From positions 7,130,001 through 7,194,000 of the forward strand of contig CATNEN010000025.1 in assembly GCA_950097015.1 (NCBI GenBank): a stretch of 64,000 nt of DNA, read 5' to 3'. Shown here piece after piece: positions 42,401-53,300 of this stretch. The notes beneath the pieces are model-generated. The model made no database searches and was not told the DNA's origin. It saw only the letters and a list, made by a program, of their open reading frames with translations. Within the stretch, counting starts at the first letter, position 1; each line of letters opens with the position of its first letter. The stretch comes from Macrostomum hystrix. Taxonomy: Eukaryota; Animalia; Platyhelminthes. Both the position numbers and the translations under genes were made by a program.

Positions 42401-45400
42401 ACAGCCGTGTTCACAGATAATGTTTCCTTCCAGATCTGTTTTTTCAGCTTCTTTTGACCACCAGATTCAGTGAGGTGACGAAAAGTACTTTTAAAATGGG
42501 AGATATCAGAGTGGGGGGACTCGAGGGTCTACAACTCCGAGACGCGACTAGTCAGGGCTCTGAAATTTTACAGCCGTGTTCACAGATAATGTTTCCTTCC
42601 AGATCTGTTTTTTCAGCTTCTTTTGACCACCAGATTCAGTGAGGTGACGAAAAGTACTTTTAAAATGGGAGATATCAGAGTGGGGGGGACTCGAGGGTCT
42701 ACAACTCCGAGACGCGACTAGTGAGGGCTCTGAAATTTTACAGCCGTGTTCACAGATAATGTTTCCTTCCAGATCTGAGTTTTCAGCTTCTTTTGACCAC
42801 CAGATTCAGTGAGGTGACGAAAAGTACTTTTAAAATGGGAGATATCAGAGTGGGGGGGACTCGAGGGTCTACAACTCCGAGACGCGACTAGTCAGGGCTC
42901 TGAAATTTTACAGCCGTGTTCACAGATAATGTTTCCTTCTAGATCTGAGTTTTCAGCCTCGTCTGACCACCAGATTCAGTGAGGTGACGAAAAGTACTTT
43001 TAAAATGGGAGATATCAGAGTGGGGGGGACTCGAGGGTCTACAACTCCGAGACGCGACTAGTCAGGGCTCTGAAATTTTACAGCCGTGTTCACAGATAAT
43101 GTTTCCTTCTAGATCTGAGTTTTCAGCTTCTTTTGACCACCAGATTCAGTGAGGTGACGAAAAGTACGTTTAAAATGGGAGATATCAGAGTGGGGGGGAC
43201 TCGAGGGTCTACAACTCCGAGACGCGACTAGTCAGGGCTCTGAAATTTTACAGCCGTGTTCACAGATAATGTTTCCTTCCAGATCTGAGTTTTCAGCTTC
43301 TTTTGACCACCAGATTCAGTGAGGTGACGAAAAGTACTTTTAAAATGGGAGATATCAGAGTGGGGGGGACTCGAGGGTCTACAACTCCGAGACGCGACTA
43401 GTCAGGGCTCTGAAATTTTACAGCCGTGTTCACAGATAATGTTTCCTTCCAGATCTGAGTTTTCAGCTTCTTTTGACCACCAGATTCAGTGAGGTGACGA
43501 AAAGTACTTTTAAAATGGGAGATATCAGAGTGGGGGGGACTCGAGGGTCTACAACTCCGAGACGCGACTAGTCAGGGCTCTGAAATTTTACAGCCGTGTT
43601 CACAGATAATGTTTCCTTCCAGATCTGAGTTTTCAGCCTCGTCTGACCACCAGATTCAGTGAGGTGACGAAAAGTACTTTTAAAATGGGAGATATCAGAG
43701 TGGGGGGGACTCGAGGGTCTACAACTCCGAGACGCGACTAGTCAGGGCTCTGAAATTTTACAGCCGTGTTCACAGATAATGTTTCCTTCCAGATCTGAGT
43801 TTTCAGCTTCTTTTGACCACCAGATTCAGTGAGGTGACGAAAAGTACTTTTAAAATGGGAGATATCAGAGTGGGGGGGACTCGAGGGTCTACAACTCCGA
43901 GACGCGACTAGTCAGGGCTCTGAAATTTTACAGCCGTGTTCACAGATAATGTTTCCTTCCAGATCTGAGTTTTCAGCTTCTTTTGACCACCAGATTCAGT
44001 GAGGTGACGAAAAGTACTTTTAAAATGGGAGATATCAGAGTGGGGGGGACTCGAGGGTCTACAACTCCGAGACGCGACTAGTCAGGGCTCTGAAATTTTA
44101 CAGCCGTGTTCACAGATAATGTTTCCTTCCAGATCTGAGTTTTCAGCCTCGTCTGACCACCAGATTCAGTGAGGTGACGAAAAGTACTTTTGAAATGGGA
44201 GATATCAGAGTGGGGGGGACTCGAGGGTCTACAACTCCGAGACGCGACTAGTCAGGGCTCTGAAATTTTACAGCCGTGTTCACAGATAATGTTTCCTTCC
44301 AGATCTGAGTTTTCAGCTTCTTTTGACCACCAGATTCAGTGAGGTGACGAAAAGTACTTTTAAAATGGGAGATATCAGAGTGGGGGGGACTCGAGGGTCT
44401 ACAACTCCGAGACGCGACTAGTCAGGGCTCTGAAATTTTACAGCCGTGTTCACAGATAATGTTTCCTTCCAGATCTGAGTTTTCAGCTTCTTTTGACCAC
44501 CAGATTCAGTGAGGTGACGAAAAGTACTTTTAAAATGGGAGATATCAGAGTGGGGGGGACTCGAGGGTCTACAACTCCGAGACGCGACTAGTCAGGGCTC
44601 TGAAATTTTACAGCCGTGTTCACAGATAATGTTTCCTTCCAGATCTGAGTTTTCAGCTTCTTTTGACCACCAGATTCAGTGAGGTGACGAAAAGTACTTT
44701 TAAAATGGGAGATATCAGAGTGGGGGGGACTCGAGGGTCTACAACTCCGAGACGCGACTAGTCAGGGCTCTGAAATTTTACAGCCGTGTTCACAGATAAT
44801 GTTTCCTTCTAGATCTGAGTTTTCAGCATCGTCTGACCACCAGATTCAGTGAGGTGACTAAAAGTACTTTGAAAATTGGGAGATATCAGAGTGGGGGGGA
44901 CTCGAGGGTCTACAACTCCGAGACGCGACTAGTCAGGGCTCTGAAATTTTACAGCCGTGTTCACAGATAATGTTTCCTTCCAGATCTGAGTTTTCAGCTT
45001 CTTTTGACCACCAGATTCAGTGAGGTGACGAAAAGTACTTTTAAAATGGGAGATATCAGAGTGGGGGGGACTCGAGGGTCTACAACTCCGAGACGCGACT
45101 AGTCAGGGCTCTGAAATTTTACAGCCGTGTTCACAGATAATGTTTCCTTCCAGATCTGTTTTTTCAGCTTCTTTTGACCACCAGATTCAGTGAGGTGACG
45201 AAAAGTACTTTTAAAATGGGAGATATCAGAGTGGGGGGGACTCGAGGGTCTACAACTCCGAGACGCGACTAGTCAGGGCTCTGAAATTTTACAGCCGTGT
45301 TCACAGATAATGTTTCCTTCCAGATCTGAGTTTTCAGCTTCTTTTGACCACCAGATTCAGTGAGGTGACGAAAAGTACTTTTAAAATGGGAGATATCAGA

Positions 45401-48211
45401 GTGGGGGGGACTCGAGGGTCTACAACTCCGAGACGCGACTAGTCAGGGCTCTGAAATTTTACAGCCGTGTTCACAGATAATGTTTCCTTCTAGATCTGAG
45501 TTTTCAGCCTCGTCTGACCACCAGATTCAGTGAGGTGACGAAAAGTACTTTTAAAATGGGAGATATCAGAGTGGGGGGGACTCGAGGGTCTACAACTCCG
45601 AGACGCGACTAGTCAGGGCTCTGAAATTTTACAGCCGTGTTCACAGATAATGTTTCCTTCTAGATCTGAGTTTTCAGCCTCGTCTGACCACCAGATTCAG
45701 TGAGGTGACGAAAAGTACTTTTAAAATGGGAGATATCAGAGTGGGGGGGACTCGAGGGTCTACAACTCCGAGACGCGACTAGTCAGGGCTCTGAAATTTT
45801 ACAGCCGTGTTCACAGATAATGTTTCCTTCCAGATCTGAGTTTTCAGCTTCTTTTGACCACCAGATTCAGTGAGGTGACGAAAAGTACGTTTAAAATGGG
45901 AGATATCAGAGTGGGGGGGACTCGAGGGTCTACAACTCCGAGACGCGACTAGTCAGGGCTCTGAAATTTTACAGCCGTGTTCACAGATAATGTTTCCTTC
46001 CAGATCTGAGTTTTCAGCTTCTTTTGACCACCAGATTCAGTGAGGTGACGAAAAGTACTTTTAAAATGGGAGATATCAGAGTGGGGGGGACTCGAGGGTC
46101 TACAACTCCGAGACGCGACTAGTCAGGGCTCTGAAATTTTACAGCCGTGTTCACAGATAATGTTTCCTTCCAGATCTGAGTTTTCAGCTTCTTTTGACCA
46201 CCAGATTCAGTGAGGTGACGAAAAGTACTTTTAAAATGGGAGATATCAGAGTGGGGGGGACTCGAGGGTCTACAACTCCGAGACGCGACTAGTCAGGGCT
46301 CTGAAATTTTACAGCCGTGTTCACAGATAATGTTTCCTTCCAGATCTGTTTTTTCAGCTTCTTTTGACCACCAGATTCAGTGAGGTGACGAAAAGTACTT
46401 TTAAAATGGGAGATATCAGAGTGGGGGGGACTCGAGGGTCTACAACTCCGAGACGCGACTAGTCAGGGCTCTGAAATTTTACAGCCGTGTTCACAGATAA
46501 TGTTTCCTTCCAGATCTGAGTTTTCAGCTTCTTTTGACCACCAGATTCAGTGAGGTGACGAAAAGTACTTTTAAAATGGGAGATATCAGAGTGGGGGGGA
46601 CTCGAGGGTCTACAACTCCGAGACGCGACTAGTCAGGGCTCTGAAATTTTACAGCCGTGTTCACAGATAATGTTTCCTTCTAGATCTGAGTTTTCAGCCT
46701 CGTCTGACCACCAGATTCAGTGAGGTGACGAAAAGTACTTTTAAAATGGGAGATATCAGAGTGGGGGGGACTCGAGGGTCTACAACTCCGAGACGCGACT
46801 AGTCAGGGCTCTGAAATTTTACAGCCGTGTTCACAGATAATGTTTCCTTCTAGATCTGAGTTTTCAGCCTCGTCTGACCACCAGATTCAGTGAGGTGACG
46901 AAAAGTACTTTTAAAATGGGAGATATCAGAGTGGGGGGGACTCGAGGGTCTACAACTCCGAGACGCGACTAGTCAGGGCTCTGAAATTTTACAGCCGTGT
47001 TCACAGATAATGTTTCCTTCCAGATCTGAGTTTTCAGCTTCTTTTGACCACCAGATTCAGTGAGGTGACGAAAAGTACGTTTAAAATGGGAGATATCAGA
47101 GTGGGGGGGACTCGAGGGTCTACAACTCCGAGACGCGACTAGTCAGGGCTCTGAAATTTTACAGCCGTGTTCACAGATAATGTTTCCTTCCAGATCTGAG
47201 TTTTCAGCTTCTTTTGACCACCAGATTCAGTGAGGTGACGAAAAGTACTTTTAAAATGGGAGATATCAGAGTGGGGGGGACTCGAGGGTCTACAACTCCG
47301 AGACGCGACTAGTCAGGGCTCTGAAATTTTACAGCCGTGTTCACAGATAATGTTTCCTTCCAGATCTGAGTTTTCAGCTTCTTTTGACCACCAGATTCAG
47401 TGAGGTGACGAAAAGTACTTTTAAAATGGGAGATATCAGAGTGGGGGGGACTCGAGGGTCTACAACTCCGAGACGCGACTAGTCAGGGCTCTGAAATTTT
47501 ACAGCCGTGTTCACAGATAATGTTTCCTTCCAGATCTGAGTTTTCAGCTTCTTTTGACCACCAGATTCAGTGAGGTGACGAAAAGTACTTTTAAAATGGG
47601 AGATATCAGAGTGGGGGGGACTCGAGGGTCTACAACTCCGAGACGCGACTAGTCAGGGCTCTGAAATTTTACAGCCGTGTTCACAGATAATGTTTCCTTC
47701 CAGATCTGAGTTTTCAGCCTCGTCTGACCACCAGATTCAGTGAGGTGACGAAAAGTACTTTTAAAATGGGAGATATCAGAGTGGGGGGGACTCGAGGGTC
47801 TACAACTCCGAGACGCGACTAGTCAGGGCTCTGAAATTTTACAGCCGTGTTCACAGATAATGTTTCCTTCCAGATCTGTTTTTTCAGCTTCTTTTGACCA
47901 CCAGATTCAGTGAGGTGACGAAAAGTACTTTTAAAATGGGAGATATCAGAGTGGGGGGGACTCGAGGGTCTACAACTCCGAGACGCGACTAGTCAGGGCT
48001 CTGAAATTTTACAGCCGTGTTCACAGATAATGTTTCCTTCCAGATCTGAGTTTTCAGCCTCGTCTGACCACCAGATTCAGTGAGGTGACGAAAAGTACTT
48101 TTAAAATGGGAGATATCAGAGTGGGGGGGACTCGAGGGTCTACAACTCCGAGACGCGACTAGTCAGGGCTCTGAAATTTTACAGCCGTGTTCACAGATAA
48201 TGTTTCCTTCC
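39431..48211 (-). repeat. Right arm: 170-bp tandem array in inverted orientation, ~51.5 copies
   Basis: The unit is the reverse complement of the left-arm unit, with the same variant classes. Confidence 0.98.
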
Positions 48212-48681
48212 TTATCTTTGCTCTCAGCTGTATATGATGTACGAGTAATAATCCTGCGAAGTGCAAAAGTGAGGTTATATTTCTAGTTTTTTTGATGAAG
48301 TTTACGATGATTATAAAAATAATATATTATACAAACACATTCAATGAGGTGAGTTTTGAGTTGTGATTTTAGTAGTTGCGATATTTAGTTAACCGCTTTT
48401 TGTATTCGTTTACTCAGTTGGTTGAGCAAATTTGTTTTATTCTATGAAAAAAATATATTAGAAAACGTTTCGTGAAAGTAAACGATTTTTTTGTGTGTTG
48501 TGCGCAAGTTCGTCGATATTTATTAATTTTATTCTCAATAATGATATTTTCGGACTGATTTATAAGTATTTCATCTGTTAGAAGTCTTTTTATTAGTTGC
48601 TTGTCGATTTTTTGTTGGCTATAACATAATTTTTTTCTGGTACTGGTTCTGGTACTGGTTCTGGTACTGGAAGTATAGACG
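48212..48681 (-). repeat. Right terminal inverted repeat, unique outer segment (470 bp)
   Basis: Mirror of 19071-19421 plus 119 extra bp. Confidence 0.95.
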
Positions 48682-50339
48682 TAAAAAATCAAATTAACAC
48701 TGCGTCGAAGTTTCTAAGAACTTCCTGAAGTTTCGCTTGATTAAAATATAAACTCACCGAAATGTAATTCCTTACCCCAAACTTTGTGTGCCTAAATGTT
48801 TTATGCATAATCAGTTGGGTTTCGTTTAGGGCCTTTAAAGCCTAGCAATAAAGTGTTAATTTATCAACAATAACAACGAACCACAATTGTCTAATTAGAA
48901 GCTAAGCTAGGCGTAGCTACTTTTTTGTCGTAGACGTAGTAGCTAGCTTATTATGCTGTATGTCTAGGCCTAGCTAACAATTTTAGAAAATGTGTTCTAA
49001 AAATAGCTAGCAACGTTCACTGTCTCCGTTTTTTGTTTTAGTCTCGCAAGTACATACTCAGCTTCAGTTAGCTAGGCATTGACTCGTTTCTTGACTTGCA
49101 AGTCTGATCTATTGTTAATTGAAATAAAGCTTGCCATTGTTTATGAATTCTCTACTAATGGCTTACATCGCTATTGTCTTCTAGTATAAAAAAGTAAAAT
49201 CTTAGAACTTTATTTAACTCAATTCCTTTATAGCCTTGATTTGGGCATTCCCTCTGGTCTATAGTCATGTACTTATGTTTGCTATGTAAATGTCAATGTA
49301 AATGTATAGTTAGATAGCTATTAAAAAATAAAAAATTTTCTGCCCTAAATTGGCCTGTTAAAATATTATTCTTTTTTATTGATGACTTTTCCTAGTGAAG
49401 CTAGGTTTAACTAGCTAAACTAAATTGTAATTTCTTTGGCTTGCATGGGGCCTACTTAAATATATATGTTGTGTGATACTATATTAACATTGCTAGCCAT
49501 TGGCCATTGCTATCAACATATCCTATTTTCATTTTTTTTTATTTTTGCATTTATTTCTATTCATTTATCTAGTATTTTTTGCTAATGTAAAACACATTTT
49601 TTAAGTTAATGTTAATTATTTGGCGTTAAAATCAACTATTGTAGATCCATGTGTCAGGAATGTGGCACAGTATATGCTGGAAAAAAATTTTGAGGGACAA
49701 TCTGTGCACCATCTGTATGCCATATGTGCGCCGTCTATGCGCTGTTTCTGTCCCCTAACCCTGACCCTACATAGAGAAGCACCCTATGTTAACCCGAGAC
49801 CCTTTGTTCCCGCCTGTGCACCAATGTGCCCCAAGACCCTTTGTGTGCACTGCACTTGTGTGCTGAGACCCTTTGTGTGTGCAGGAATTTTCCCCCTCAG
49901 AGGCCACCTTCCTGTCTATGGTTGTAGATAGGTCTATTACCCATTACTTAATTATCTATTTGCCTTTTTAAGCTAAGCTACCCCTCCTTGTATCTATCTA
50001 AACAACTGGCTATAAGTTTCAATATAAATTTAGAAATTATTTAATGAAATATGATTATGAATCCTAAAAATATATATGTTATTATTTGTATTAGTATTTG
50101 ATTTAGAACAGCATAGCAAAAGTAAGCAAAAAATAGATAATTTTGTAAATTTGGAATTCTAGCAAGCCACAGAATTTGGTGTATTGCTACAACCATCATT
50201 TTTATATTTCATTTCAGATTTTTATGCTGCCCTCCATTTTCTAATAGCAATCAGCAGCTCAGTGGTTGTGTAAAATACACAACTCTAGATTTCCACAGAA
50301 ATTTTACTAGCTAGCTAGTCTGAATCATTTCCACTAAGT

Positions 50340-53300
50340 ATGGATGTGCTGAGTTTATTTGAGCAGAACACTGTAGAACAGGTGCGTGCAATTGAGCGCA
50401 AGACAAGAAATGAAATTGAAAGAAAGAAAGAAGAACTGCGGTTTCTTGTTGGGTGAGTTGTTAGTTCTGTTCTGTCTGCTTGATTTAATTTTTTGTCATT
50501 ACTGCTTTTGTCTATTCAGTTCTACTCTAGTCAGTTTTTTCTGTTGCAGTCTGTTTGTTTGGTTGTATTCAGTTTTTTCATGTTCTGTTCTGCTGTATTC
50601 AGTTCTTACCTGTTCTGTTCTGCTGTATTCAGTTCTTGCCTGTTCTGTTCTGCTGTATTCAGTTCTTGCCTGTTCTGTTCTGCTGTATTCAGTTTTTGTC
50701 TGTTCTGTTCTGCTGTATTCAGTTTTTGTCTGTTCTGTTCTGCTGTATTCAGTTTTTGTCTGTTCTGTTCTGCTGTATTCAGTTTTTGTCTGTTCTGTTC
50801 TGCTGTATTCAGTTTTTGTATGTTCTGTTCTGCTGTATTCAGTTTTTGTCTGTTCTGCTGTATTCAGTTCTTGCCTGTTCTGTTCTGGTGCATTCAGTTT
50901 TTGTCTGTTCTGTTCTGCTGTATTCAGTTTTTGTCTGTTCTGTTCTGCTGTATTCAGTTTTTGCCTGTTCTGTTCTGCTGCATTCAGTTTTTGTTTGTTC
51001 TGTTCTGCTGTATTCAGTTTTTGTCTGTTCTGTTCTGCTGTATTCAGTTCTTGCCTGTTCTGTTCTGCTGTATTCAGTTCTTGCCTGTTCTGTTCTGCTG
51101 TATTCAGTTCTTGTCTGTTCTGTTCTGCTGTATTCAGTTCTTGCCTGTTCTGTTCTGCTGTATTCAGTTCTTGTCTGTTCTGTTCTGCTGTATTCAGTTC
51201 TTGCCTGTTCTGTTCTGCTGTATTCAGTTCTTGTCTGTTCTGTTCTGCTGTATTCAGTTTTGCCTGTTCTGTTCTCACCCACCACCCGCATTGAACTCCC
51301 GTCACAGAGAGCGCTACCGCGAGCTCATTGTTGCAGCCGATGTCATCAAGACGATGAGCGGCAGCGCCCAGGAGATCAACGCCAGCCTATCGCAGCTCAG
51401 CGCCCACCGGGCCCGACTGCAGCGCGATCGCCGCCATTTGCAGGCGTTCTCTAGGCGTCGCCATGGTGACGGAGTCAGCGTCGGACAGGAAGCGGTGGAG
51501 CCGCGCTTCGAGCTGCGCGTTCGGCGCAGTCAAATTGGCGCGCAAATTCGCCTGCTGCTGGACACCCCGGAGCTGGTAGGCGACAAATTTTACCAATTGT
51601 TTTTAAATCGTTGATTTGACTTTATAATGTAAACATGCTCGAATGTGCCTGAAGGCTGTTGCATGGACTGGAAGTAGGGCGCCGTTTCAGTCTTCACTGC
51701 GCTGCAATTCAGCTGTTTCTGGTACCAATTTCACAGCCGGGTGTCCTGCTTAAGTACAAGAATTGTTCCAGTACAGTTAGGAATCGAACCCCTGACCTTA
51801 AAGTCTTTAATAAGTGCGCTCCAACAGCTGGGCTGCAATCCCTTCATTGTTAAGCATTATGTTTTCGATACATATAGGCAATCATTGAACATGTGGTATT
51901 TAATGTGGTAAATGTCGATCCAATTGCCAGATATTCTCCTGTCTGGAGTCGCACAGCTGCTTATCAGCCGCTCAGCTATTCTTCATCGCTTCTCACGTGC
52001 ATACCCACCTGGAATTAAATCCGGATTTGGAAGAGGCCGGCCTTCGTGCTGAGGCCCTGCTGCGCTGGTCAGATGTTGGCCAACTAAAGAAGCCCATTGT
52101 AGGCCGCTGCAGGGAGCTGCTGGCTCAGCCGGTTACAATCAGTCCTGGCAGTCTGTACGATCGTAGCCAATCATTTGCCCAGCACCTAGCCGCTCTCATG
52201 CTGCTTAACGGTCTCGGCATTGATGCGGTTATTGCAGACTTTTTTAGTCTGAGATCGGTAAGATCCTGTGAACGGATTCTGTTTTTATGGCACTCTTTCT
52301 AGTATGAGGTTGGTGATTAGCGGAGTGAGGTTGGCGCTAAGCGGAGTGAGGTTGGTGCTATGCGGAGTGAGGTTGGTGCTAAGCGGAGTGAGGTTGGTGC
52401 TTAATGGAGTAGGGTTAGTGCTTAGCAGAGTGAGAAAGTGTTAAGCGGAGTGAGGTTGGTGCACAGAGAAGATATTTCATAGTTTTTTTCTTTTTGTATG
52501 TTGAATTTACTTTCCCTTTTAACGTTTTCAGCAATCTATCGAATTAACATTCCGGGATATGGAAACAGAAACTTCAAAGGCACAGTTTCTTCTGGTTGCG
52601 ACTAATCTGTTGTCGTCAGTTGAAATTTGTCATATATTATTTTCCTCCTCAGTTCAGTTTGGTAAGCTGTTTTGAAGGTCCTCATTCTTACTGCCTGGAG
52701 CAGGTATTACAGTTTTCGTCTCAAAAATGGATATAAAAATCCTTCAGACTCGGGCCTACTGCAGCGAATAGTTCAAGAGAAACTGCAAGTCAACGCTGGC
52801 ATGGTGCTAGCCAGCTTCGATTCGGCACAGGTTGGCACTCGGCACTTGCCCGCCTACGTTCTGGCTTACCGGCCAATGCAAAACTTAGAAGACTGCGATC
52901 TGACAGTGCACGAATTGAAGGCCGCTGCTGACGATTGGCTGGAAAGGTGAGGGGAGGTTTAATGTCGGGTGCCTGTCTTTTAGTCCGTGGTTTATGAAGA
53001 TAGGTGTTTGGCGGAGGTAGTATGGTGTCTAGCGAAGTGGTGTCTGTAACGGAGGGAGGTTGGTGTCTAAGTTGGTGTCTAGCCTATGAAGATGGGGTCT
53101 ATCCGAGAGAGGATTAAGGAAGGTGTCTAATTATTAAGGAAGGTAGGTGTCTAACAGAGAGTGTGTGGGTCTATCGAAGGGAGGTGGGTGTCTAGTGGAG
53201 TGAGGTGGGTGTCTAGTGGAGTGAGGTGGGTGTCTAGTGGAGTGAGGTGGGTGTCTAGTGGAGTGAGGTGGGTGTCTAGTGGAGTGAGGTGGGTGTCTAG

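Larger units (their letters stand above)
19071..48681. mobile_element. Giant Foldback-like Mutator/MULE (Phantom / FB-NOF type) DNA transposon, 29.6 kb
   Basis: Ends are CGTCTATACTTCCAGTACC... and ...GGTACTGGAAGTATAGACG. The direct repeat AAAAAATCA flanks it at 19062-19070 and 48683-48691. It has ~9-kb inverted arms and a central DDE transposase ORF. Confidence 0.92.

Noticed and set aside
19071-48681. Giant inverted repeat as a fold-back sequencing or assembly artefact
   Set aside because: The centre is unique and asymmetric. The arms differ in copy number, variant order and a 119-bp indel, and a TSD flanks the ends. Exact copy numbers may still be imprecise.
49690-49900. GAGACCCTTTGT triplet and a CCCTAACCCTGACCC telomere-like word
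   Set aside because: Too short and degenerate to call an element or an interstitial telomere.
50386-51454. Cys/Phe-rich and TEYSR/QNRQE repeat ORFs
   Set aside because: They come from the minisatellite in COG1 intron 1. Only 51308-51575 of the overlapping ORF is a real exon.
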